From Rhizodiscina lignyota (taxonomy: Eukaryota): a stretch of 64,000 nt of DNA. Location: contig ML978127.1 in the NCBI GenBank assembly GCA_010015805.1, positions 1,116,001-1,180,000 of the forward strand, in the 5' to 3' direction. Positions 11,801 through 21,205 of the stretch are shown here, piece by piece (position 1 is the first letter of the stretch; the number at the start of each line of letters is the position of its first letter). The translations under genes and the position numbers were made by a program. The notes beneath the pieces are model-generated. The model searched no databases and had not been told where the DNA came from. It saw only the letters and a list, made by a program, of their open reading frames with translations.

Positions 11801-12613
11801 TTCAAGCCCTTCAGGCTGATTGGTTGCCTCTGCGCGGATAACCACATTTTGGGCGAATGACCTCACCGCCATGTGGTAGTTGGTATGGCCGAGAGGAAAC
11901 GCATTGATAGCAATCTTATAGTGATCCGTTGCGAGCTCAAGGTCCTCGATTCTGCCGTACCGTCTGTAGCGACTTGTGAGATCTCCCGCGAGATTGTAAA
12001 CATAGGAGCCGTAGGCGTCATCTGATATCGCGGCCTTATTGACGAGATATTCATTAATCCGAATTGCTTCGTTGAGGTACTTGTCGTCAGAGTCTATACA
12101 TTCAAAATATAGTCCAAGCATTGAAGCCAGAGATGAGTGTGCACAGTCGTGATATTTGCTCTCTTTCCCAGAAGAGGCGACCGCTGCTCGAGCCATTTCA
12201 AGAGCTTCTTCGAAATCTTTTCGAGATTCCGCGCCCTTGGCAAAGTAGCGCTGCTGCAGTGTGTCGCTGAGGGTCGTGTAACATATTGATCGAACCGTGG
12301 ATGAGACTGGAGCTGTGGCAAGGCTGAGCCGTCCGGCATCGACTGCTTCGTCTAGACGACTTGTTTGCCCCAATGCTTCATAGAGCAAACGCAGACATCG
12401 GCCAAGGTTGTTGAGGTGACTTGCACGAAGCTCACTACGTGCGAGTGGTCCAGACGCCGTCCTTTCCACGGCTTGTTGAATGAGTCGCAAGCCTTGCTCC
12501 AGGAGTTGGACATTTGAAGTCTGTTTGTACTCTTTAGAAAGCTCGATATATTTTTCGTTGAGGCTCTCTGCGTCATCTGCGATTGCTTCTTGATTTTCGG
12601 CGTCCGTTGCCAT
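8807..12613 (-). CDS. TPR-repeat plus CHAT (caspase/HetF-like, clan CD) cysteine protease
   Basis: Single 1268-aa exon. N-terminal ~44-aa helical repeats (e.g. DLDEAIIAAEAAVAGSPVSSASRPAYLNGLSQRLQARF). C-terminal CHAT motifs WLWNVAVQPVL, WVTSGPLGLFPLHAAG, SSYIPS, LLHLACHA (His1106, codon 9298-9296), LAYLSACCTA (Cys1160, codon 9136-9134), DENIHLAASFQLSGFPAVIGTLW. Confidence 0.93.
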   Translation of the reverse strand: MATDAENQEAIADDAESLNEKYIELSKEYKQTSNVQLLEQGLRLIQQAVERTASGPLARSELRASHLNNLGRCLRLLYEALGQTSRLDEAVDAGRLSLATAPVSSTVRSICYTTLSDTLQQRYFAKGAESRKDFEEALEMARAAVASSGKESKYHDCAHSSLASMLGLYFECIDSDDKYLNEAIRINEYLVNKAAISDDAYGSYVYNLAGDLTSRYRRYGRIEDLELATDHYKIAINAFPLGHTNYHMAVRSFAQNVVIRAEATNQPEGLEDALQALLSLEPHVKNNTELARIWHTKSSLYGQKYDMFSTLDDLHMAVVSADAAFNLLPSESSLRGPILERLSNALAARAETRLSRSDIDAAIDCAKQALEIGSGVPARQSGAYTTLGNRFAIKFEMFGGLQDLSESLNARRNALKLLPVDHKDRPTRLHAVANSLRTHFEHSGNIGQLEESIAVSREAEVNVGRGDPDRSMILDGLSHSLKMRSEHTGNSQDLDEAIIAAEAAVAGSPVSSASRPAYLNGLSQRLQARFYMSGNIADLDRAIEIISEAILRTPEGSSSESIYLNTLSNILSSRYLAKGDVSDLDLSIQNCRKAIAKTSVSSTFRISYLHNLGLRIQRKYYRSSDKEERHAYLREAHDLAVKCVNGTPEGHPGMADYLTELATSQLYLGQFMDPGDEPKLLAQLKLSGSTFERAFRERYATPLTRIRAGQFAGYIFMQLKDWSAASVVLSETVELFQQRSPLSLDESDRQRQLHGLSGISSLACAAFVTLDNPEAGFQILEAGRGIMANIAMGYHSDLLQVKDIDPELHAQYISLRETISRPLHASGSGWSHGQDIVAKRNVQVGKLEEVEKLIRSLPGLDAFNQRPSPQELRNLASHGPLVSFCTVDQRCDAMIVTTAEIQALPLPQLELSQIKARIGMVVSASRLSTMLPSERGIANKRMRALLRWLWNVAVQPVLEHLGLLKSTDSVPKTRLFWVTSGPLGLFPLHAAGKGYTLPLQNAYAHVISSYIPSVSALAFARRCQARVDTKLSNMALVTMPRTAGGFAPLSTRSEVTAIQEAFAASHASEESSISASQLIELCQPSAGEVLHQVRSGNVNLLHLACHAEPDLTDPSNTSLLFGSDPDAPEPDPLTVQELRRVEGSSRLDQRPLRLAYLSACCTAQQYVMNLIDENIHLAASFQLSGFPAVIGTLWEADDVAAVVIAKAFYAELFRLDRVSRTSSVSSDSGDNIARALDVASAACRQRDVIRGNASDDVLAWAAFVHIGA

Positions 12614-12937
12614 GGCCTCTAGAGGGTGTCTGAACGTTCAGAAAGCTTGGAAGGAATCTACTACATAGTGTACGAGTCCGGTAAATGCCATATCGGAAGG
12701 CAAAGCGTGGGGCCAAAATGTATCCAGGCAATGAAACCACGCTCCGTCTTTCCTGCCTGCCAAGGCACAAGGCTTCCAGCAAGGCTGGGAAATAGAACTG
12801 CGCGAGGCGCCATTCCTCAGCCTTGTGGCCTCTATGACGTTCGAAAAGCGATAGGCGACTTCATTTTGAATGCCTTGGCCAAAAGATATCCATAACCCCC
12901 AAAACAGTGCAACAGCAGAGCAATAACGGACTTCTCG

Positions 12938-13852
12938 ATGGCATCTCAGCTTCTACTTGTAGAAGAATTGGTGCCAGTGGATGCGTTGGGACTAGGTGGT
13001 CTTGTACAGTCGCTCAAGAACCCAATAATGGACGCTTATAGCCCAAAGCCTCCGCTACCGTCGGACGCAGTGCTTCTCACTTCGGTCAATTCTTTTCAAT
13101 CCCGTATATCCTCGACACAATCAAAATCGTTTCGACTCGCCGTGACCCGATTACTCAGTGCTGCCTACAATATCGAGCATGGTGGCGATGTACAGTTAAG
13201 GTCAATCAACGTTAATCGCTATCAGCTGAGACAACCGAAGGAGGTTTTCCGACGCCTGTGTCTTGAGGATGAGACGGCCCGACAGTGGTTGAACGCCGGC
13301 ATTCAATCCTGCAACAAGAGCTTCTTGATAGTGGAAATGCATACTGCAAAGAATGCTGCTATAACTTGGACCGAAAGGAAGAGTCGTCAACACCATTCCG
13401 ACCTCACTGTACCAGTGAGCACAATCGCTACAGGGGGTATGGATGTTCTGGGTTTCGGGGGATCCCTCGATTCTGGCGGAGGCGTAAGTTATTCCAGCTC
13501 GAACGACAATCAGAAGACGTTGGTAGTAGAAGGCGAAAGTATTTACGCCATTGGGTACAAAAGGATCGTTTGGAAGAGTTGGGGCCTTAGGCGGAAAGAG
13601 ATTGATAGGGCCATGCTGGACAATGAGATTACGTGGTCCATTCTTGGACAACGGCGCGGTCAAGAGGAAGAAGAAGAGCAAATCAGCGTGGATCTTTCAG
13701 ATGATCTCGACACCGAAGATGTCGCAGGGGTGAAGATGGAAGCGGACGAGGACGACGTGGATGCTGTCGATGATGTGGCAGAATTGAGCAAGCGTAAAAT
13801 CGAAGTGGAAGGCTCAATCTATTTGATATGTAGTGAAGCAGATGAAGAGTGA
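12938..13852 (+). CDS. Gasdermin-like pore-forming protein (RCD-1/HET-Q1-related fold) with acidic C-terminal tail
   Basis: Single 304-aa exon. Ordered motifs LGLGGLVQSLKNP, RYQLRQPKEVFRRLCLEDETARQWL, FLIVEMHTAKNA, two Ser/Thr/Gly-rich amphipathic hairpin segments, and GESIYAIGYKRI parallel the fungal gasdermin pattern as I recall it from RCD-1. Divergent from a CHAT protease gene. Alignment by eye only. Confidence 0.78.
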   Translation: MASQLLLVEELVPVDALGLGGLVQSLKNPIMDAYSPKPPLPSDAVLLTSVNSFQSRISSTQSKSFRLAVTRLLSAAYNIEHGGDVQLRSINVNRYQLRQPKEVFRRLCLEDETARQWLNAGIQSCNKSFLIVEMHTAKNAAITWTERKSRQHHSDLTVPVSTIATGGMDVLGFGGSLDSGGGVSYSSSNDNQKTLVVEGESIYAIGYKRIVWKSWGLRRKEIDRAMLDNEITWSILGQRRGQEEEEEQISVDLSDDLDTEDVAGVKMEADEDDVDAVDDVAELSKRKIEVEGSIYLICSEADEE

Positions 13853-14689
13853 GTCAAAGCGCCCGGACTATATCGCTTCTCAGTTGCCTGGTATGCTGTA
13901 ATTTAGGAACGATAATGATGTAGTTCAGAACTATGATTGATTCATAATGCTCACGGCGTACTCTGAAACGCCGGCATTCCCCCAAGTTGAACGGCCCGAT
14001 AGTACTCGAGGTTTTTTTAATCTTCTACAGCGATGACTAGGAATCCCGGCACATCTGCAGTGGGCGCATGAACTAGATGAGAGAGCTTGAGATCTCAAAA
14101 TGAAAGAGATTTCTTTGTCTCTGAGTTTTGCATGCTGCCCAATTTCGCATCATAACATAGGGACACGCCACTCTAGTGGCTTCACCTTCTTCGGACCAAT
14201 TCGCGCTGTATACAAAAGCACATTATTATATTGATTTTACTTTCTTCGGACAAGCTCGTACTATACGTAGACGCACCGCACCATTGAAGTTGCCAAATCG
14301 AAGGCTGGACTTCAACCGTGTGCGAAGGATGTGGTGCATCATGCTCGGGGTCTACTTCAACACCTTGCGCGAACATAGGAAAATTGAAAACTTTGGTGAC
14401 CTCACTTTCTTCGAATGAGGCGGCAGTGGAATGAGGGACACAAATCTTGTGGCTTTGCATTCTTCGAGACCGTATGGAGTGAGCCATGCACCCAAGATTT
14501 CCTAGCTAATGTTTAATATCTAGCTCGCACGACCCCAAAGGCAAGAAAAAGAATAGCATTTTACTTCCGATGCAAATTCCCGCAGCCGCAAAAGGCGAGG
14601 ACCACCAACACCATGCTGTGTTCAGAGAAGAATGATTCGATCAGTCTAAGCGCTTGTAGTAAGGGTATCATAAGTATGAACATCGTTCA

Positions 14690-15790
14690 TCAGGCCTCAA
14701 CAATCTCAAAGAGTTCCTCAACCATATTCAGGAATCGGGTCCGATATTCTGGTGGAGAGGTGGTGATGCTCATCGGGCCCTTATGATCAATCATGTTGTA
14801 GCTCTTAATCAGTCCAGTCATAGCTTTCGCCTCCAACTTGTGCTTGGCCCAGAAGAAATCGAGGATAACAGCGCGATACACCCACTTCTTATCTGCGGAT
14901 GTGACACCATCTCTCCACGGGCCAGCTGTCGGAGAAGGGAGCGTTGGGATCTCGCGTTCTGAGTCACCATTTGGAGCTGGATATCGAACCAGAAACAGGG
15001 AGTAGTCGATAGCATTGTAAGCTTCGAGAAGCTTGGTATCCTGGACCAGCATCTCGACAAGGTCATCTCGTTGATGGCTTGTTACGCGGACTTTATCCTC
15101 GAATCTGTCAATCAGGCGCTCCTTCACGCTCTCCGGTGCCAATCTACCGCCTGCAATGTCCCTCTCAGGGAAGAAGTATGTGACCGGCTTCAAGTCGTAT
15201 GTCTCCCAGTTATCTCCCTTCGGGTCCTCGCTCTTTCCGTACAATACGTTCTCCATGATAATGTGATGCGAGGGCGCAATTCCAAGGAGTGTGCCCAGTG
15301 CCTTGTACGGCGTATAGAGGAAATCTGTAATGCGAACGAGAAGGCTCGACGGATATCTTGACATGTGCTCGTAGTACGGTTTGAGGAGTTCATTCTGGAA
15401 GAACGTATTCTCGAAGCGTCGAGGGAGGGACTTGATCAAGAACTTGGAGTTCGCTGTAGTGAAGAATGTCTAATGCTATATCAACTTTATGGGTGATCTT
15501 TCATGTGAATTCTAGGAGTAACGTACTGAACCAGAGTAGCCTAAGTCTCCGATTGCCCTGAGCCGGACCTTCTTGTCGTAACGTCGAAAAGACTCCCGGT
15601 ATTCATCCTCATCCAATTGCCATACTTCCTCTCGAAGATGTTTGAACAACCCATCTTCATATCGAGCGAGTGCGACTCGGAATAGCGAGAAGAAGGCCAG
15701 GATTCGGAGGAGAATATTCGCTTTCCCTTGCTTGTCTTTGAAAATGGCCTTTAGAATGGCATCGCTGATTGCCGCGTCTCTTCGGCCCAT
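14690..15790 (-). CDS. Minimal phosphatidylinositol-phosphate kinase (PIP5K core)-like protein
   Basis: Exon 1 15790-15527, intron 15526-15470, exon 2 15469-14690. Motifs GYSGSTFFTT, FLIKS, SSLLVRI, IIMENV, YDLKP, AIDYSLFL, VILDFF, PPEYRTRF correspond to the PIPK catalytic core. Confidence 0.82.
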
Positions 15791-16510
15791 TATTGCCTTG
15801 CTTGATGATTACGAGTGGGAAGCAATATGGCTATGATTCTGTGAGACTGTCTTCAAGTGATATACCCGCCGGTCATTGCAGATGGATAGAATGGGGAAGA
15901 TGGGAATTGTAAAATTCCATGGCTGTCATGGAAGCTCGGGCCACGCGAGCGCGACGTCATTTCATGCGACGTCAACACAATCCCCTGGACGTCAACGTCG
16001 ATGATCACCATCTTCATTTCTCGATAAAGTTCGGCATAGTAGGTATACAGACTTGTGGAGTCTTGAGACTGAGCAGAAGAGGCCAAATGGGTCTGAATTG
16101 CCCACTTTTCGAGCGACCGATATGAATCAGGAACTCGTCTAGAGTGTGCAGAGAACTCTATGGTCTTTTCATCTCAAACCTCATCTGTGAGAAGACTGAG
16201 GTTTGCGGCCTGTCCGGCCTGTCCAGTCATGGCGCGAAATTCATATGAGAAGCATCAGTTCCCTGTGTTCGCCTATATGTATAGAGATGCGTGTCATTGA
16301 GGATCATGAAGGCGTGTTGGAGTATGTAGAACAAAAAGGCAGGCACGACCTGATCTTCTTTCTTTTTTCTCTCAAGTCTACGAACATCTGACAGATATCA
16401 ACACTCCTTTCCATAACTTCTAATATCCGCCTCTGTTCTCTCACTGTCTCAGTTGGGTTCTCCACCCCCTTCGCCCACGTAAGTGCTGACTTGACCAGAA
16501 GTCCCGCACC

Positions 16511-18367
16511 ATGTTGGAATCGACGGTCGCTCAGGGGAAGTCGCAGGAGATGTCGTCTAAACTTGTCGATCACGATACGCCCGCAAATCTCACTGCGGAC
16601 CTTCCAACAGCGCCGCAGACGGCCGCGTACGATCCATTGTTAGAATACGACAACTCTGCCCAGAATAAGGACTCTCTCCGTGTAGCACGATCTGGAAAAG
16701 CTTGTCAGAGGCTTCTTCTGCTCCTGTTCATCATCACAATTGTAATGGGTGGCCTCGGAGCAACCACACTAGCTCTGGCATTCAAGTATCGAGATGCTGC
16801 AGCGGATGGAACTTGGTACCTCACAGGCCTCGAAGGAACAGTGTTCTTACTCTTGGGATCTCTGTCGGTTCTGTTTGGTGCCGTCCTACTTCTTGCTGTG
16901 CGTGAATTATCTATTCATGTCCCCTCTTGGAAGCTACTGGAAAAGAAATCTTCCGGGAACTCTCGTAGACGACCAGAACAAGGAAATCCTGGTTCTTCAC
17001 AACACGACTTCCTCCAATGCAGTGGCACGAGGATCCATCCAAAATCGCTGATTGCTTTTGGTATCCTCATTCTAGTCGTGCTCGCAGGGACCATCTGGCT
17101 TCACTTTTCAATCAAGATCAGTGACATTCTGGACAAACAATCCGCAATTGACCCAAGCCGCTCACTTGGACGCGCTATCTCCCCCGATTGTTCTCAGGCT
17201 GCTACGACTGACAGCAGCTTCGAGGTATCTCTCAACCAACGCTTCTGCGCCAGCCGAATGGATATCGTAATGAACGATACCGAGGCATACCAAACAGCAG
17301 CTGGCACGTCGTCTTCGAACTCACTCTTAACCATTCCGAATGCATATCAAGGGATGGACATTGCAGTACTTGCCGATCCAGCTGCTTCATCTCGAGGCAC
17401 TTTCATAGCTAGCACTCTTGGTATTAGCACGGCATGCAGCCCCAGGTACCAACCTTGTCATGCGAATGTGACCGACCGCACTTACACCTGCTCTGAGCCT
17501 CCCTTTTCAGGTAAAATCACTCAGCCTCTGACCATGAGTGAGCCAAATGCTCAGACTGGCTCCTCAAGTACGACTTTCGATGCTGCCTTCCTCCTCAAAG
17601 GCAGCGATGGAGCGTTCAAATACCGCAACATTCCTGACAGCTTCAGCGTATCGCCGGACGGTAGCGCTCTACTCAGCATTCTTAGCTGCCGTACCACAGC
17701 GTTGGAAGTCACTTACTTCTCAGGGAGTGGAGCTCGTGCGGCGATATCCATGAAGCCAGTGAGCCAGCAGACTTCAAACCTCATACTGTCTCCAATCTTT
17801 CCAAGTCAAGTCAACGGATACGATGCCTTTGGATGGGACCTCATTGTCTCGGGCATGGCCAATTCAGCTTCCACTGGCCTCACGCAAAAGCCACAAGCAC
17901 TAGCTATATCCTTCGCGAATGCGTTCAGCCATATCGCAATCGCGAGTGCAGTTGGCATAACCACACCGTCTTCTTCGACAGCAGCCGGCAGTCGGTCTGT
18001 CACCTTACTTCCGGTTGCTCCGATATTAATGATCGTTGCCGCTGACTTTGCATTTGCAATCTTGGGCATGGTTCTTGGGATTACCGCCGTTGTACTGGTC
18101 CTTCGCGGTAATCGTGTCGATAAAGCTCGTCGTGGAAGCGTTACGCATCCGCGTCCACAGACATCGAACTCCATGTCTACGGCTGTAAGCACAGAGGAGT
18201 ACGCCCTTGAGGACATGAAGACGAAAGAACGGGGATTGGCTGCGCAAAACCTCGACCAGAATAGAGGCGGTCGTGACGATGATGTTGGGAAGATGCCAGT
18301 AAGTCAGAGGAGCGCAAACGCGCCGAGACCTCGGAGTGAGAAGATGATGGGAATGCCGGAATATTGA
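16511..18367 (+). CDS. Multi-pass membrane protein of unknown function with Cys-containing Ser/Thr-rich extracytoplasmic domain
   Basis: 618-aa ORF with ACC-ATG context. Three hydrophobic segments in the N-terminal third, one near the C-terminus, and a Cys-spaced intervening domain. No recognised catalytic motif. Confidence 0.7.
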   Translation: MLESTVAQGKSQEMSSKLVDHDTPANLTADLPTAPQTAAYDPLLEYDNSAQNKDSLRVARSGKACQRLLLLLFIITIVMGGLGATTLALAFKYRDAAADGTWYLTGLEGTVFLLLGSLSVLFGAVLLLAVRELSIHVPSWKLLEKKSSGNSRRRPEQGNPGSSQHDFLQCSGTRIHPKSLIAFGILILVVLAGTIWLHFSIKISDILDKQSAIDPSRSLGRAISPDCSQAATTDSSFEVSLNQRFCASRMDIVMNDTEAYQTAAGTSSSNSLLTIPNAYQGMDIAVLADPAASSRGTFIASTLGISTACSPRYQPCHANVTDRTYTCSEPPFSGKITQPLTMSEPNAQTGSSSTTFDAAFLLKGSDGAFKYRNIPDSFSVSPDGSALLSILSCRTTALEVTYFSGSGARAAISMKPVSQQTSNLILSPIFPSQVNGYDAFGWDLIVSGMANSASTGLTQKPQALAISFANAFSHIAIASAVGITTPSSSTAAGSRSVTLLPVAPILMIVAADFAFAILGMVLGITAVVLVLRGNRVDKARRGSVTHPRPQTSNSMSTAVSTEEYALEDMKTKERGLAAQNLDQNRGGRDDDVGKMPVSQRSANAPRPRSEKMMGMPEY

Positions 18368-19867
18368 GAAGTTGACCGACAATTGGCTGCGTAATCTTTC
18401 GTTTCTATACACCCGAAGAACAGGATTTCGGGCCTTTCTGAAGCTTAAAGTTGGGCACAGGACACCAAGCTAAATTTCTTTCCGAGCGCTACGCTCTTCT
18501 ATCAGCAGTTTATTGGCAGTTGAAAGTCAAAGGAAATTGGAGGTCAGCACAGATCGAAAGCAAGGAGCAAACATCTTTTCAGAGAAAAGTTCTTTCAATT
18601 CACTCAAAGGTACATATGCATTCAAATGATGTACAACATGACACAAAGTAGTAAAAAGACTTGAGACCACTTGCTTGATTATTGCTCAGATTGGCACCTG
18701 CAACTTTCTCCAAAGAGGTAAAGATAGGATCGGCGTGCATGAATCGAAGGCTTCTGGAAAAGCTACCATTTCCACAAAAAAGCAATTAAACATTGCCGCC
18801 CGAAGGAAGGAGATTTTAATCACCGCTGCGAACATGTCAGATCATGACATGAATCAGACAAGGAGGCCTCGTGGTTCTTACGCGCGTGCAGCATCGGGAT
18901 CGAGCAAAGTTAGGAAAGACGTTTCCGCCCTCCTCCCTCCTTCGGCGTTGTGCGAAAAAGCAGCCGTAGGGGCATTGGGCGTTTAATTCTGCCAATAAGA
19001 CGGGCAGTAATCCCGGAGTTGAGCCTGAAATGACGCTCTCTTGCCGGCGGGCAGGGCCTAGCAGGGCAAGGTTTGGGGGATATTGCTGCTCGTCGGCGCT
19101 TCTGGATGTAATAATGGTCGGAGGGAGGGCGGGGAGCATGGTCGTGCAATGCTACCTTGAATGCGCAAGGTGTGAAGGACGATACGAGTGGAAGCGAAGG
19201 GAAAGGTGTAACAAGACCTACTTCATGTGTCGCAGACGCTTTCAGATTGCGCCGCCATATCACCTTGGATGATTGGTATGGCGCAGAAGAATATGGAGGT
19301 TGTGCGTAGCACAAGACGTCAGATTGAGCATTCGGGGCATAAGGCTGCTCGTTCGCAGCAAAATGGCACTGAGTGCCAGGGGGGCTGCTTGTACCGGGAA
19401 GTGTGCCGGTTGTTTCATTGGCCCTCCCCCGAACGCGGCCGCGGCATGGCTTGCATCGTACCCTAGCATGGGTGCTTGCTGCTGTGGAGCACAAGGTGAT
19501 GGAGGGAGCCAAAATCTCCCCCACTCCGCCTTTTCTCTTTTGTCTCTGACGCTCGAGAAAATTAAGACACAGCGCCAGGGGAGCCGCCAGTGTGCGCCGG
19601 CTGGGTACAGTGACAAACGCCATATAACTCTTGCTTGGAACAGTCCCAACTGACTGCTTCTCCGCTTTGCAGTGTGGGAGCTGAGAGCAAAAAGCAGAAG
19701 GCCTGCGGCGTCCGGTCTCCATCCGCAGACAAATCTCATCCACTCATCCGCATATCGCACCCGCACGAACGCCCACAGAACGATCCAAATGCCATCGAAG
19801 GACTCCTCTGCGCTCCATTGACAGGCCATGGCCGTAGCGCCGCTTCTCCAGCGCCAGGCTCAGCCCA

Positions 19868-20415
19868 ATGGCACCTCCATCAACAGGCGCTCAGCAATCC
19901 GTACCAGACACGCAGCTGGGCCTCTCGCAAGACGAAATCGCGTCGCTGCGATACCATCAGCAGGTTGCACTGTCCCAGGCTGGTGGATCGAGCTCACGCG
20001 CCGCGAGCAATGCCAGCAGTCAAGGCAGGCTACTGCTGGATCCGACCAGCTTAACAGCATTGAGCAACCACTTCGACCGATTGATGGCTGCAATTCAGCA
20101 GAGATGGCAATCTGTTAGTACTCCCGTCCTTCGAGCTCTAGAGGAATGAGTACTCCATGAGGAAATGAGGAGAGACGGAAGCTAACAGGAGTCTTTGTCA
20201 AGCTGTATGCGCAAACGCAAACTGCAACCCAAGTCCAATACGACCGCGCAGGCAACGTCATTGGGGACGCAGACGCGGAAATCGCGCGCTTTAATGCTAT
20301 CCTCCGTCAAATTGACGAGCTACAAAACGAATTTGAAAAGATTAAGCGGATTGGCGAGATCGTGAAGGCGTTCAGAGCGCGTGTGGAGCAGCTTGACCGT
20401 CGCGTGGGAAGATGA
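19868..20415 (+). CDS. CNL1: BLOC-1 complex subunit Cnl1 (cappuccino homologue)
   Basis: Exon 1 19868-20113, intron 20114-20202 (GTTAGT...GCTAAC...AAG; the nearer CAG is out of frame), exon 2 20203-20415. VPDTQLGLSQDEI, SSSRAASNASSQGRLLLD, HFDRLM, YDRAGNVIGDADAEIARF and a coiled-coil tail match Pezizomycotina Cnl1. Confidence 0.8.
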
Positions 20416-21205
20416 ATAAAAATTGTGATGTGAAGTCTGGAAAAGAAGAGAAGGCAAAGGGCTCGCGCCCGACACATATTGACGACACTGACGACCTCGA
20501 CAACCATAAAATAAACAATCGTCCTCGCGGACTGGGAATCTACGGCCATCACTGGCAACTTGGGTTTCACGATAAAAATAAGAATGGAAGCCTCGCGGCA
20601 CCAAAATGATACCAAGGGGAAAGGGAAGAGGGAAATCCTCTGGAAAGGAGAAGATGGAGTCTTGCGTGCCTCGCGGCTTCCTGGAGTTTTTGTTTTCGGC
20701 ATCGATATGTATTGTCTCATTCTGACACGACTCTCGTCGCCATACTGCTGCTTTCGGGCGGATACCCCCAATGCTTCTTTTCGAGTTCAGCTGTTGCTTG
20801 GAACCATATGACAATTTAATGACTGTTTCATGGAGGGTTCGAGAATTGTTAAACTTCCACATTCACTTGCGCACGTGCTTGCATTCCTGCGACGCATCAT
20901 TCCACCAAGGACGACGCTCTTGAAGATGGGAACATTTATGACAACCCACGGTGACGTATATATACTTCATAACAACAGATCGCAAATCTCGGCATACATC
21001 GTTCGAAGGTGAAATGCGACGGGCTGTTTTTGAGTGACACGGGCGCACGTTTGAGAGAGTTGTAGTCATGAGAATTTTGGTGGACACCAAGGTATCTGTC
21101 CATTGGTCAATGCCACCACGACCATTTTGTACAAGCTTTTGCTATCCCAGTTGCGAGAAGGTTCATGCGCTGATGCTGCTAACCCGACTCATTCGACGCC
21201 TTTGC

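Noticed and set aside
13750..13772. DDVD and DAVD caspase-like sites in the gasdermin-like tail
   Set aside because: Expected by chance in an Asp-rich tail, and cutting there would leave much of the tail attached. Kept only as an alternative to the Arg site.
18837..19829. ORFs of 100-277 aa upstream of CNL1
   Set aside because: Overlapping, low-information ORFs without domains; most likely promoter or UTR sequence.
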